Below are positions 1-17,276 of a DNA stretch of 64,000 bases, in pieces (position 1 is the first letter of the stretch; every line of letters begins with the position of its first letter). The notes beneath the pieces are model-generated. The model did no database searches. It was given only the letters and a program-made list of their open reading frames with translations, and was not told where the DNA came from. This stretch comes from Salpingoeca rosetta (Eukaryota; Protista; Choanoflagellata): contig JAWQFM010000022.1 of assembly GCA_033442325.1 (NCBI GenBank), positions 124,001 through 188,000 on the forward strand, given 5' to 3'. The position numbers and the translations under genes were made by a program.

Positions 1-44
1 TCAAATTGTTCGCGGCATTTGTTGTAGACTGATTTCAGTCGCGT

Positions 45-355
45 ATGACGACAGCGGAGATGGGGGACCAAGCAGAACAACAGCAGCAGCGCGTGCAGCA
101 GGTGTGTGTGTGGAGTGCGAAGAGTGGATGGAGGACTCGATGACTTGACTTGCTCCACTTGCTTCCTGGGAAGGAGGACGACTGAAGGACTGGGTTGCAC
201 ATTGGTGGAGTGCTGTTGTCGTGTTTTACAGTGGGTTTCAAGAAGCCACTTCGTCGTCGGGGTCTTGATAGCAGTCACACATGACCAAAAGCTCACATGC
301 ACATTTTATACACACACACACACACACACACGCACATACACACACACACACACAA

Positions 356-443
<88 letters not shown>

Positions 444-641
444 ACATTCGTTTCATTGACCATGCCACTCTTGCGGTGCCTCCGACAGCGTGGGAGGAAG
501 CGCACACTCCCAAAGCCAAGCCAAAGCACATCGTCATCGGCCTTGTTGCAGTCAGACGCGCAGTGAGTGCCCTGCCTCACACGTTTATATGCAGTGATCA
601 TGCATCCAGCACAGGACTCATATGCGACCATTTCTTCCCAT

Positions 642-710
<69 letters not shown>

Positions 711-3098
711 CACACACACACACACACACACACAAGGCGGCTTGTCACACTGAAAGCCATTCTCGCCTTTGAAGACGAGCACCGGCGGCTGCTGAGACAA
801 CTCATCACGGTACGTTGCCAGCGCGATGACGGGCGATGGTGAGGATGGTGATGCCTGATATGTCGCCTTCATCCTTATGCCCACATCCCCGCTGTCCTGC
901 TCACTCCAATCACCACGACTGCTTTGCCACTGAATCACAATTTGCAGGATTTCCGCGATGCGATAGCCAGCGATCAGGTGCTGTGGCCGCTGATGCATCG
1001 AGCCTTTGTTGTCGTGAGCGCGAATAATGCGTGGGCGTTCACCTTGGACTGTATTATACGGTCCAAGCTAGTTCCAACTACACTGACCTTGTCACTTTCA
1101 TCGCCTTCTTGTCGACGTTCGCATGGTGCAGGAACTGGCTGTGGACCAGGCACAGCTGGATCTGCTGTTCCCGCCAATCTTGCAGTACATGCACGACCAA
1201 TCAAAAACCACAGTGAAGGTGTGCTCTTCCGCCTTTCCACCTCATGCAACTGCACAATCACACTCTATTGTGTGTGTATGTGTGTGTGTGTGTTTGCAGA
1301 CTTTCACCATCTCTCATACGTGCGCCACAACGTCAAACGCACCCGAACATGAACACGCACCACGTGCCACAGTTGCTGTCAGCGCGGGTGCGCACTGCAC
1401 AGGGCCGGGCCGTTGTTGGCGATGTCTATCATCGCCTCTTTGACCGCGTATCAAACGTCAACCAGGTGTGCGTGTGTGTATGCAAATGTGAAAAGGTTTA
1501 TGCACGCGCACATGTAAAAGCCTTTGTACGCGCGCATTTGTGTGAGGCTTTGGGTGCACGTATGTTGCCGCTTGCCCTTCTCTGCGCCTTTCATACCCCA
1601 TTACACGTTCTCATTGTCTCACACCTCCGCATCGATCCCAGGGCATGTCGCGAGTGGAGTCTGCCTACTTTGAGTTTGCATTCACACACGTGTCGCGGAA
1701 ACGGCTGTTGGAGGAGATCCTGTAAGCGATCGCTGCATGCTCGTTGCCACATGCGCAATACAGCATAGTTGTCATCACGGTCGCTGTTGCATGGTCATAT
1801 GTACAGACACCACACAAATGTACGCATGCTCATACTGTATGTCACGCCCCCCCTCACCATCGTATCTGTGTGCTGGGCGGATGACAGGACGACCAACAGC
1901 CACCCGCTGTACTCCATTCTTCGCGTGACAAGCAGCCGTGTCTTTGATGAAGGCAACACACTCACACACGCAATCGACGCGCCCTTTCTTCACTTGCGAG
2001 CGTACGCGCGAGCGTGTGTGTGCGTGTGTGTGTGTGTGTGTGCGTGTGTGCGTTATGCGCGTGTGTGCGTTATGCATGTGAAGTTGTCTTTCCGCAGGTG
2101 CACGCGCACCTCCCTCTGTGTTTTCGAGCGCGCTTGGTCCACCCGCCTCTGCATTTGTTCTCACCACCACCACCATCACCATCACCATCACCACCATGTT
2201 GCATGCACGTCCTCCCTTCCTCAGGTGGTCACGAAAGTTGCGCGCGCTCATCAAAGCGACGCCGACAGACCATCCTGATGCAGTGTTTCTCAGGGAAACG
2301 GCAGAATTCTTTCGTGTACGTGTGCCTGCAGGCAACGCTGCAGTCTGCTTATTCATGCATGCGTGTGTATGGTCGTTGTGTCGATTAGTGCTTGCATGTG
2401 CGCATGCATGTGTCGATGCATGCACATCCACACTTTGTTGCTTCCCCTTCCCTTCTTCCCTTCTTCCCTTCTTCCCTTCTTCCCTCCTCTTCTCTGCTTC
2501 GTATTGTCTGTCTCAACTCACTCCAGCGGTCGTTTGATTTTGTATCCAATGCAAACAGGCCCTCTCAAAGGAACTTGCATCCGCCCTTCAGGTGTGCACA
2601 CATGTTCATGTGCTTGTGTATGTCCATTTGTGACGCGCTGGTTCCACCAAAACTGCATCCCCGCAATCGCCCGTCTGCACTCACCATTCCACGGCTACAC
2701 TTCTTGCCGACACATCCGCCTTTCACCGCGTCCCCCATCCCACCCCATGCCCACAACACATGTGTGCACGAATGAACAGAGCGCTTCCAGCACAAGCCGG
2801 CCAATCTCGTTTGCTGCGAGCGACTCAAGCCCAACAAAGGACGGGGCTGTTGCTACAGCTGCTGCTAACGGCAACACAAGCTATGACAGCGTGAACAGCA
2901 GCAACACAAAGGCATACAGGGGGAGTGCGCGGCTTCTCGAGCTCCCAAAGCACAAGGTGGAGCACAATGTGACAAAACATGGATCCTGGGCATGACGTGT
3001 GCAAGCTTACACCGACCTTCACACACAGACACACACAGACACACACAAACACACACAGACACACACACCCACACACACCCACACACACCCACACACAC

Positions 3099-3187
<89 letters not shown>

Positions 3188-5846
3188 CACAGAGCCTAAC
3201 CCACTCCCGCTCTGACCCACGCATGCGTGCCCCACCTCACCAGACAAGCGACGACGAAACATCTGCCGAGACCAAGGCACGAGCAGGTAGTGGCCGGCAC
3301 AGCACAAAGAAGGGCAACAACGATGACAATGTCGACGCCAACACCAACGCCAACACAGACGAGGACAACACGCGCACCGCCAACGGGCGGCTGTCTGTGA
3401 TTTCGCGGCCAGAATCGTTTACGCACGTGGTGCACATGGGCCCTGACGCGGTGTTGTTTGGCGGCCTCTCTGCTGCCGCCAAGCAGGAACTCAAGAATGC
3501 AACGCCAGGACGTGAGTGGAATGGAGTGTTAATGGAGACGGGATGAGACAGGCGGTGGGATGATTGGTTTGGGCGGCGGAGGTTTTGGTTTCAATGCGTT
3601 GGTGCATCGGTGGCGCAGCGGCGTGTCGGTCTGGTCACATCAGGCTTTGTTTTGCCTTTTCTCTCACCCACATACACACACAACTCACCCCCCCCCCCTC
3701 CACACATACACATACACACACGCGTGTAGGGCGGGCTGCGCTTGTTCGCCAGGGCGCGAGGGAAGGCAGCACCAGCACGGCGGGCCATAACGTGAGCAGC
3801 AGCAGTCTGCTGTCTCCAACATCACCATCTTCCTCCTTCATCGGGTCCTTTCGTGGGTTTTCTCTCCGCCGCCGCCAAGCAGCAACAGCGAATGGTGACG
3901 GCAGCGACCAACTTCAGCGCTCGCGTTCGCTGCACTCCTCTCGTCCAAGCAGCAGAGACTCGGCCACGCTCTCCCCGACACACACGCGCACGCGTGCATC
4001 TTCCACACGCGCAGCGAGACACCGCACCAGCAACGGAGGTGGTGGCGATGGTAGTGGTGACGAGGACGTGGTGCCAGCATCAGCGTCGTCACCTTCGCTG
4101 TTTCGTCGCGGTCTGCGATTGTTCTCACGGCGATCACGGCGCCGCTCACAGCGCACAGGCACCACGCACGGCAGCAGCGACGGTGCTGTTCACGTCGATG
4201 GTGACGGTGGTGCTGGTGGTGCTGATGACAGTCGGGGTGGGTCACGCGGTGCGCCAGGCAGTGTGGTGTCCACCGCGAAAGACAGCACGATGGACACGAA
4301 GGTGAAGAGCAGCAACGGTGCCGGCCTATCACCACTGGCGGCATCACATCGCCAGCGCGTGCGAGGTGACGGTTCGAGTCAGGTGAGCAGCACCAGCAGC
4401 GGACCGAGCACACCGTCCCGCAGCCCGCTCATGCGCGCCCGGCAGCTGCTACAGGGCGGGCGCCGCAAGGCAAAGCGTGGTGGTGACGGTCACCGGCGAC
4501 GCGGACGGAAGGTGGCACCGAGCATAGCGGCATCAGCGTCGAACGCGACAGGCGGTCGTGACGGCAGTGGTGCTGGTGGCCGCATGCACGTGCAGTCGGC
4601 GTCGCTGGAGGGATTGGACGACGTGTTTGATGACTCGTCAGCAGGGAGCACGCCTGTGCTTGACCGCTCGCTGGCGTTTCGCACTGCACTCGCAGCAGAG
4701 GCAGCAGAACACGCCCTCACGTCGTCCCCAGCACGTACCGGCCATCGTGGTGGCGGTGGTGGTGTGCAGGGGAAGGGAAGCAGAGGTGGTGGAAACACGG
4801 ACAGACGAGGAGAGAAGCGGCAGACACGAACAGCAACAACAGCAACATCATCAGCAACAACACCAGCAACAGCAAGAACATCAGCGGTAGCATCGGTGGG
4901 TGCGGCCAAACAAGTGCAAAAGCAGCACGACGGTGGCGGCAACAGCAAGAGCGCGAGTAGCAGTCGCGGTGTTGTTGACTTTACGCGGGCTGCGAGTGTG
5001 TCGACAACAGCGCGTGTGCTCTCGTGGGGTGCGGGCGTTGCAGAGGCGACAACACGAAGCGACGAGGAGGAAGACAAGGTTGGACGACAGGCTGCTTCTG
5101 CTGAAGTGGTGGCGGGGCAGCAGCAGGAGGAGAACAAAGAGGGAAGTGAGACCGGGGAGACGGTGGAGGAGAAGGGGGAGGTGTTGACACGGAGAAAGGC
5201 GAGAAGAGGTAATTCGGGTGTCGTTGATGGTAAAGGGAACGCCAGTCCCGCGCACCGTCAGCGCGCGCCAACGATTGTGGTGGACGGAGACATTGTAGGT
5301 AATGATGATGGTGTAGGTGATGATGATGTTGGTGGCGATGGTGGCGATGGTGGCGATGGTGGAGGACAACATACGTTGCACAGCAGCCGCACCCACCAGA
5401 TAGCAGCGGCCGCTGGTGATGACCACGATAGCGGCGATGATGAGGAGGATCCGATGAACACGACACTGCAGTCGTCGTCGTCGTCCATCGGGCGGCTGGA
5501 GGTGCTGCGGCAAGTGAGCACGGTATCGCTCCCCTCAACAACAATGGAGATTGATGACGAGGACAGCCTTGACTTTGAGCACAGCGATCGTGACGACGAC
5601 CATGACGACCATGATGATGGTGATGGTGATGGTGATGGTGGGGACGATGATGACAATTACGATGGTGAGCAGAGAGGACGCAGCAAGGTGGCGTGGGCGG
5701 TTGGTCGCGACGGGCGTGCACATGCCCGAGACGAGTCGAGTGCAATGCAGCTACCGGGCAATGATGGCAGTGACGGCAGTCGTGTGGACGGCGGTGATAG
5801 GGTTGACATGAGCTCGGATGGGTCCAGTGACATTATTGAGTGCTGA
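45..5846 (+). CDS. Multi-exon protein with a divergent RhoGEF(DH)-like N-terminal region, a CRIB motif and a long low-complexity S/G/D-rich tail
   Basis: Short GT-AG exons lie between CA/GT repeats, including [25 protein letters not shown] and [14 protein letters not shown] (2238-2279, resembling the DH C-terminal LLKxTPxDHPD). A CRIB consensus [14 protein letters not shown] is at 3400-3441. The large terminal exon (~3730-5846) ends in TGA. Internal exon boundaries are approximate. Confidence 0.55.
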
Positions 5847-6194
5847 TTGTCTGCCGTTGTTGAGAGTGCGCGCGCGCGTGTGCGTACGTGTGTGTGTGTG
5901 TGTGTGTGCGTGTATGTGTCTGTGAGAGAGAGAGAGTGTGTGTGTGTGCATGTGTGTGTCTGTGTGTGTGTGAGAGAGAGAGAGTGTGTGTGTGTGCGAA
6001 CACACGTGTGTGAGTATGTTGTTTCCTGTTTTGTGTGCGATTGTGTAACCAATTCTGTGTGATGAGGTTGTGTATGGTTATTGATAAACACAACTCATAT
6101 TTCTCCCCTTCCATCGTATTTCAAGCTGGCGTCGCAGTGGTGTATGCGTGTCTTGTTTTGTTGTTTCGTCTATACAACCGTCTTCCAAGCGAAT

Positions 6195-6261
<67 letters not shown>

Positions 6262-6586
6262 CACACACACACACACGCTCACACGAACGACATAAGAGCG
6301 AGGCAGGGCGAAAGCAAGCAGAGCACGGCTTTGGTAGAGGGGAAACAAAGCAAAGAGGTGCAGACAAGAGAGCCAGAGCAAACAGACACTGAGCATCTCC
6401 GTGACAGCAAAGAGACGGGCAGAGAGGGAGGGAGAGGGAGAGGGGGGATGCATGAATGTAGGAGGACAAGCAAGCAAGCAAGGCAACAGAAATGTATACA
6501 CGTGGACACAGACACACACACACACACATACACTGTTGTATGCGAGGGTGGCAATCGACAGACAGACAACTAGGCGGCGACGACAG

Positions 6587-7150
6587 CTACAAGTCTCGAT
6601 CGCGAATGAAGCGGTTGCCTTCAGAATGGCGCCCATAATACACATAGCGACACTTGCTGATGCTCCCTAGTGTGTTGCACAGCATGCGTGTCGGGTGTAC
6701 ATGTGTGGTGTGTGCATGCACAATTCATGCGTGTGTGGTGTTAGCCATGGGCACACGATCGAACACTCAAGGAAAACAAAAATACATTAAGGTTTCACGT
6801 CGTACAGTCACGACATACACAGACAGCCAGCCAGGATGACAGACACGCAGAGACACAGAGACACAGAGACACATACATAGACACACACACACACACACAG
6901 ACAGACAGACACAGACACAGACACACACACACAGGTGCAAGCACAGCACCTTTGTGGTCTTCGGCTGTGCGCTCCTTGTGTGGCAACGGAGAGAAAGTTG
7001 GGTCGTGTTCAGAGAGGGACGCCTGGTGTTGACGCTCCAGCTGAAGGCAAGGCGGAGGAGGGGTGGGATGGACGTGAGGGGGAGGGGAGGAAGAATACGG
7101 AAGCGCATGCAGAGTGGGGAGAGGAGCATGGTGGGCTTAATCTTGACTGA

Positions 7151-7234
<84 letters not shown>

Positions 7235-7344
7235 TGTGTGTGTGTGTGTGTGTGTTGGGGGGGGGAGGAGAAGTAGCAAATGCAAAGAAAACAGGCAATG
7301 TCGACGCTCAGAGAAGCAGATTGTCAGATAGACAAACGCATGAG

Positions 7345-7377
<33 letters not shown>

Positions 7378-7812
7378 ACACAGACACGCAGACACACACA
7401 AAGACACACAGGCAGACACACACAGACACACATACAAACGCACCTCGTCTTCATCCAGTCGCAGAGCAAAGTCGCCGGCTTGTTTCGCCGCCTGCACCTC
7501 CTGTGCACACACAAGGCAGTGTAGAGGTATGAGATTGATTGAGTTCATGCACGCGGGCGTAAGTGTATGTGCGTGTGTTCATGTGTTTATGTGTGTGTGT
7601 GTGTGCGTGTGTCGGCGAACCTTCTCTGTGACGGGACTCGAGTCGAGGAACTTGAGGTTGGGCAGCTGATACAGGACTTGCAGCCTGAACCATCGGACAC
7701 ACGCGCAGAATTGTCTGTGTGAGCAGGTAGGCTTTGAACACAGACGTGCAAAGCAGCCTGGTAGATGCACGCGCACAATCTCTTACACACAGACACAGAC
7801 ACACAGACACAG

Positions 7813-7854
<42 letters not shown>

Positions 7855-8887
7855 GCTTCCCCCCCAACGCACCTGTACTGTCTGTAGTCCTCCTCCTCCT
7901 TCTGCATGAGCTCGTTCGGGCAGGCAATGTTCCAGAGCAAGCTCAGGAACTTGAGGTTTGGCGTCTTCGCCTTGATCTGCGCCAGAAGCGGCGACACATC
8001 TGTCAGCTTGTTCTTGTTCAGGCTCAGTGTCTCCAAGGACGGCAGCAACGGCAGCTCAAACCCGTCTTGAAGGTCGTTGCCGTCCAAGATGAGCTCCTTC
8101 AGCGACGTGAACAGCTCCAGGTTGTCCAGCGACGATAAGTCGTTGCCAGTCAGGTCCAGTCGCGTTGTTGCCGCACCATATCGTTCTGGAACGCACACGT
8201 GTTCGCGCGTGCATGGGCGGGCAAGAGTGTCGTTGTTGGGTCGTTGAGATGAGCAGGTGGAGGGTGGTTGGAAGGGAGTGAGTTTGGGAAAGAGTAAAGA
8301 GGTGCGTTGAGCGGAAGGAGCTTGCATTGACACCATCACTGCTCTTCTCTTGCTTCTGCCCTGAACCGAAGTACAGTCCATACGAGAAAAGAAGCCAGCA
8401 GCGGGTGCGGAAAGCACATGCTCACCTCCAAGGACACGCGGGAACTCCTCCATGTCTGCATATGCGCATGACAACTGCAAAACACAGACGTGAAACATCA
8501 TCAGTGAGAGCGAGCACATACACGCATACATACACGCACATGTACAAACACACAGACACACACACACACACACAGACACAGACACAGACACACACACGCA
8601 GACAGACAGACAGACAGACAGACAGACACACACACACACACACACAGACAGACACACGTGTCCAGTCTACTTACCGTGCCATCTTTGACTTCAAACTGCT
8701 GCCACTGCTGTTCCTCCTGCTCCTGCTCCTGTTGTTGTTGTTGTTGCTGCGGCTGCTGTGCTTGGTCTTCAACCTTGTCTTGTTGCAATTGCTGGTGCTG
8801 CTGTTCCTGTTGTGACAGCTGCTGATCATCTGTGGGCCGTGGTTGCTCCGCCTCCTCCATATCGCTGTTGTTGTTGTTGCTGTGCAT
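6587..8887 (-). CDS. LRMDA: Leucine-rich melanocyte differentiation-associated protein (LRMDA/C10orf11) homolog, multi-exon
   Basis: The LRR exon [31 protein letters not shown]...[25 protein letters not shown] is followed by [13 protein letters not shown]. The last exon [22 protein letters not shown] (TAG 6587-6589) matches the characteristic LRMDA C-terminus. Confidence 0.85.
7160..7232. repeat. (GA)n microsatellite in an LRMDA intron; representative of the window-wide (CA)n/(GT)n/(GA)n tracts
   Basis: Directly visible. Dozens of similar dinucleotide tracts occur, e.g. 310-440, 13555-13657, 16125-16228 and 26760-26823. Confidence 0.95.
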
Positions 8888-9268
8888 GTGGTGTTACTGC
8901 TGTTGTCAACGCTTCCTGATGTGCTGTTGTTCGCGTTCCACGGGCAGAGCAACAAGAGCAGTGATGACAAAGAGACAAAGCCCTCCACTTCCTCCTCGCT
9001 CACAAGCGTGCGCGCGCGCGTGTGTGTGTGAGTGTGTGTTGAGTACGTGTATGAGCGTGCGTGCGGGTGTGTGGTCGCTGTGTAAATCCAATCAATGCCC
9101 TTCTTCTCGTCGTCTCTTCTATTGCTGCTTGAAATTGGGCGGAGATGAGCGACGATGATGATGCATTCTCGTTGTTGTTGTTGCTGCTTGGAGGGACTTG
9201 GCTGTGGTCAACAGCACCACTTTAGCTCTTTGTCACTTGGAGGAACACGACGTAGTTGGCTTGGCGCT

Positions 9269-9342
<74 letters not shown>

Positions 9343-9453
9343 CGACGACGTACATATCGGAGACTCATGTAGGGACTATGTGAAACGACTCGGGATTAGT
9401 ACCAGAGCAACGCGGTAGGGAGCGTTATTCCAGCCGGTCGGTCGTCGGTCGAC

Positions 9454-9524
<71 letters not shown>

Positions 9525-9665
9525 GGCAGAACAGGGTTGCTTAGGCTAAGAGCATTGGAGTATAGCCATTGTGAGGCGAAAGGAGTAGCAACGACAGCAA
9601 CAAGCAGAGGAAGATACACATACGGCAGCACTCACATATCCAGCAGCACCAGCACACATCGGCAG

Positions 9666-11003
9666 ATGGGCGCTTGTGTTTGGTGGTCGTGGTGGGATGC
9701 AGTGGCACCGTTCAGGAACAACAGCAGCAGTGGCAGCAGCACGTGGCAGTGGTGGCTGTGGTGTGCGGCTGCAGCCATGGTGGTGACCAAGCTGCTGCGC
9801 CGGCCCCTGTTGGAGATCCGCACTCGCGTAAGAGCACAGCAGACCATCCCTTCGGCCACAACCCCTCCGGTATCCTCCGCGACAGCCCCACCGTCTTCGT
9901 CCGACCCTGCTCATCCTGGCAGTGCTCCTGACGTGGAGCGCCTCCTCGCCAAGTGCCCCTCCCTGCGGCAGTACCGGGCGCCTCTGTGGTACCTCTTCGA
10001 CATTGCTGGAACGCTTGCAACGACCATCCCGCACGCCATTCGTGGGGCGGCCACGCGGCGCCGCTGGCATCCGCTCACGCGCGACCTGCTCCGCCTCCAG
10101 GACGGCGGTGTCATCGCCATTGACTGGGCCAAGCCCTTGCCCGCGGCCAACGCCCATATTAGCACGGATGGCGATGCTGGTGTCGCCAGTGCTGATGGGG
10201 ATGAGCGCGGGGCACCGGTTATCGTGGTGATGCATGGGCTGTGCGGTAGCAGCGAGTCGTCGTATGTGCGCGTGCTGTTGGAGGAGGCGACACGGCAAGG
10301 GTTCGAGGTCGCCGTCATGAATGCGCGCGGGTGCGGGCGTGTGCCGCTCGTGAACCATGTCGGCATGCACGCGGCGCGGATCAGCGACTTCCGCCACGCC
10401 CTGCTGCACGTGCGCAACTGCCGCCCCACCAGCCCCGTCTTCGCGGTTGGCTTCTCCCTGGGCGCAGGCGTCCTCGCCAAGTACCTGGGCACATATGGAA
10501 GCGACGCTAGGCTGGACGGCGCAGCCGTGCTCTCGCCATCATGGAACTTCCACCGCAAGCACTGGGCATTTGACCTGTGGTCCCGCTTCGTGCTGATGCG
10601 CTCCCTGCGCGAGTACGCGCGCGACAACCACCGCGTCCTGCGGGAGATGGGCGTGTACGAGCGGGCCATGGCTGCGAAGTGTGTGCGTGAGTTTGATCAC
10701 GTAGCAGTGGTTGGCCCACACAACTTTGCTGATGTCGACGACTACTACACCCAGTCCAGCAGCATCCACACATCGCACAACATCACCGTGCCCACGCTTG
10801 CCATATCCGCCGCAGACGACCCCGTGTGCTGCGTTGACGGCGCACCAAGCACGCCGGACGAGCTTGGCCCGGGCCTGGCAGTCGTCATCACGCGTACGGG
10901 CGGACACCTTGGCTTCTCGCAGGGGGTGCTGGGTTGGAATCACGTGAGCTGGATGGAACAAGCAACACTTGACTGGTTCAAGGCGTGCCTCACATCTGCG
11001 TGA
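9666..11003 (+). CDS. Alpha/beta hydrolase of the ABHD1/ABHD3/YheT family, intronless
   Basis: Motifs DGGVIAIDW, VMHGLCGSSESSYVR, nucleophile elbow GFSLG, acid D in SAADDPV and His in TGGHLGF. ATG at 9666 is in frame with ORF 9537..11003. Confidence 0.88.
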   Translation: MGACVWWSWWDAVAPFRNNSSSGSSTWQWWLWCAAAAMVVTKLLRRPLLEIRTRVRAQQTIPSATTPPVSSATAPPSSSDPAHPGSAPDVERLLAKCPSLRQYRAPLWYLFDIAGTLATTIPHAIRGAATRRRWHPLTRDLLRLQDGGVIAIDWAKPLPAANAHISTDGDAGVASADGDERGAPVIVVMHGLCGSSESSYVRVLLEEATRQGFEVAVMNARGCGRVPLVNHVGMHAARISDFRHALLHVRNCRPTSPVFAVGFSLGAGVLAKYLGTYGSDARLDGAAVLSPSWNFHRKHWAFDLWSRFVLMRSLREYARDNHRVLREMGVYERAMAAKCVREFDHVAVVGPHNFADVDDYYTQSSSIHTSHNITVPTLAISAADDPVCCVDGAPSTPDELGPGLAVVITRTGGHLGFSQGVLGWNHVSWMEQATLDWFKACLTSA

Positions 11004-11088
11004 CAAAAAAAAGAGGGGGGGGGGGGGGTGGTGTGGTGATGTTGTGGTGTGATGCGTGTGTGTGTGATGTGTGTGTGTGCGCGCGCGC

Positions 11089-11141
<53 letters not shown>

Positions 11142-11457
11142 ATGCGTGATCATGGGTGCCCTTTTTGCATTGCTTTGCATTGTTTTGGATTGAGTGGCTT
11201 TGCCTCTACGACTGCTCGACTACTGGTGCTTGTTTACTCCTAGTGTGGCCAAAGGGGAAGGGGCATGGGTGGTGGTGGTGGTGGTGATGGCAAGACGGTC
11301 TGGGTTGGTAACAGCAGCAGCAGCAGCAGCTACACCTCCAGCTCAGTGTCACATGTAAATCAACTCAAGCATCAATATACGGATAAGCCAGCTCGCATGT
11401 GAACCAACACGTGTGCACAGTTGTACTTGCAAGCAAGCAAAAGGGATGGACATGTCA

Positions 11458-14622
<3,165 letters not shown>

Positions 14623-14952
14623 CGTCTCGTCCCCTTCAGCAACCTGCCGTTACCGCGGGGGTTCCAAGGGGTGCTGGTGGCAGTGGTGGTGCTGGAGCTG
14701 ACGGTGTTGGGAGCGGTGCAGTACGCTTTGCACTCGCAGACCTTAGCACTGTTCTACTTTTGGGTGGGTGGTCGTTGCATAAACGTTGGTTGCAAGCTCG
14801 TTGTGATTGCTGGTTGTTTTGTTTGTTTGGATTGGAGCCCAAGACCAACCACAGCCAGCAGGAGGAGCAGGGGGCAAACAACACGCACGCAGACACACGT
14901 ACGCACGCACGCAGACGCAGACGCAGACGCAAACACTGGAAAGAGAGGAAGG

Positions 14953-15744
14953 ATGCCGGGGAGCAAAAGCAGTGGCGCCGCCGTGCATGTGCGGTGCCTT
15001 GACTGTGTTGGCATTGGAACAGCCAACCTCTCTGCAACGATTGCCTTCTTGGAGCAAGTGCTTGGCATGGAACACAAGTTCAAGGACTCGCTACACTTTG
15101 GCAGAGGTATGCGCTATGTGCGAGCACGCATGTGTGTGTGTGTGCTTGTGCTTGTGTGTGTGCTTGTGCTTGTGTGTGTATTTATGAGTGAGCGTGTGCT
15201 TGTATGCGTGCGTGTGCTTGTATGCGTGCGTGTGCTTGTATGCGTGCGTGCGTGTGTGTGTATGAGTGTGCGGGTTGTGCGCAATAACCTATCCTTGTGT
15301 CTCACCCATCCTTCTCACACTCTCACGTGTGCTACACGTGTAACCGCTTTCGTCGATGCACTTTGTAGATCCGGCGTATGTGGTCGCGCCAGGCAACAAC
15401 AGCGCCGTTGCATTGTGCCCCTCGTCCAGCAGAGACCTCAAGTTCATCGCGTTTCGCGTCTCAGAGCAAGGCTTTGAGCGTGCAAGGTGACATTTGAACT
15501 GTTATGTCGACCTGCGTCACGCTGTGTGCTTTGGGGGAGGGGCAAGGGGGGGGGGTCTGCAGACCCCTGGGCCGTCCTCTCCATCCCTTGCTCACTGTGA
15601 AACAACTGTGTTTTGGGCCGTGGCATACACACATGCACACACAGGAACGTACTGAGGCAGAAGCAGATTGAGTTCCGGGTGAAGGACATTGGCCTTCGAC
15701 GTGCTCTCTATTTCCGCGACCCCATCAACGGATACGACATGATG
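14953..15744 (+). CDS. Glyoxalase/bleomycin-resistance (VOC) fold protein; 3' end unresolved (near an assembly gap)
   Basis: Spliced exons read RCLDCVGIGTANLSATIAFLEQVLGM / FIAFRVSEQGFERAR / LRQKQIEF...RALYFRDPINGY, following the VOC pattern. Confidence 0.65.
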
Positions 15745-15751
15745 GTGTGTG

Positions 15752-15807
<56 letters not shown>

Positions 15808-16123
15808 ATCTGTCGCGCTTAACCAGAATCTGCTGTTGTCTGCTGTTGTGTTTCTCTTTGATTGCTCACACCATCCACTCGCCCATTCATGCCACCCTCC
15901 CGCTCTCTTCTTGATCTCCGATGGTAGCTGACGTGTTGGCCTGTCGCCGCTTCCTCACACGCCACGAAACAAGTGAGCCAGTCACCAGCGCCAGCTTTTC
16001 TTTGTCTTGTTTGCATGTTTCTCTCGTCGGTGTTGCCAGTGGGGACAGACACACAGACACACAGACACAGACACACAGACACAGACACACAGACACAGAC
16101 ACAGACACACAGACACACACACA

Positions 16124-16231
<108 letters not shown>

Positions 16232-16289
16232 TCCTGCCCGGACTGACAGTCCTTCCTCAACTTTCTTCCATTACTCCCCCCCCCCTCCC

Positions 16290-16794
16290 NNNNNNNNNNN
16301 NNNNNNNNNNNNNNNNNNNNNNNNNNNNNNNNNNNNNNNNNNNNNNNNNNNNNNNNNNNNNNNNNNNNNNNNNNNNNNNNNNNNNNNNNNNNNNNNNNNN
16401 NNNNNNNNNNNNNNNNNNNNNNNNNNNNNNNNNNNNNNNNNNNNNNNNNNNNNNNNNNNNNNNNNNNNNNNNNNNNNNNNNNNNNNNNNNNNNNNNNNNN
16501 NNNNNNNNNNNNNNNNNNNNNNNNNNNNNNNNNNNNNNNNNNNNNNNNNNNNNNNNNNNNNNNNNNNNNNNNNNNNNNNNNNNNNNNNNNNNNNNNNNNN
16601 NNNNNNNNNNNNNNNNNNNNNNNNNNNNNNNNNNNNNNNNNNNNNNNNNNNNNNNNNNNNNNNNNNNNNNNNNNNNNNNNNNNNNNNNNNNNNNNNNNNN
16701 NNNNNNNNNNNNNNNNNNNNNNNNNNNNNNNNNNNNNNNNNNNNNNNNNNNNNNNNNNNNNNNNNNNNNNNNNNNNNNNNNNNNNNNNNNNNNN
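16290..16794. other. Assembly gap (N run)
   Basis: Run of N flanked by a C-tract and (CA)n. Confidence 1.
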
Positions 16795-16877
<83 letters not shown>

Positions 16878-17173
16878 TCTCTGGCTGACACAGGTATGCA
16901 CATGCACACGGTGACCGTTATTTACTCTGAGGATGCATATGTACAGGTTTGACGGGTCGACATGAACGTAGCAGTGTGTTGTCAGATGACGACAAGCAGA
17001 CATGGAATATTGATGAAGGAAATTGGGAGGGGGAGCAAGGCAGGGCTGGTAACACATGTTGCCTCTACCAAGTCATCCCTCTTTCTGTTACAACGACGAT
17101 GATCAACAAACACAGTGGCGGATACACGCAACCCCCCCCCCACACACAGACAAACAGACACACGGACACACAA

Positions 17174-17208
<35 letters not shown>

Positions 17209-17217
17209 TTGCAAGCG

Positions 17218-17244
17218 CTATGAGTTTGTCGACACCGACTGTTG

Positions 17245-17276
<32 letters not shown>

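Noticed and set aside
106-842. Numerous poly-HT / poly-VC ORFs here and throughout the window
   Set aside because: They are translations of stop-free (CA)n/(GT)n intronic microsatellites, not proteins.
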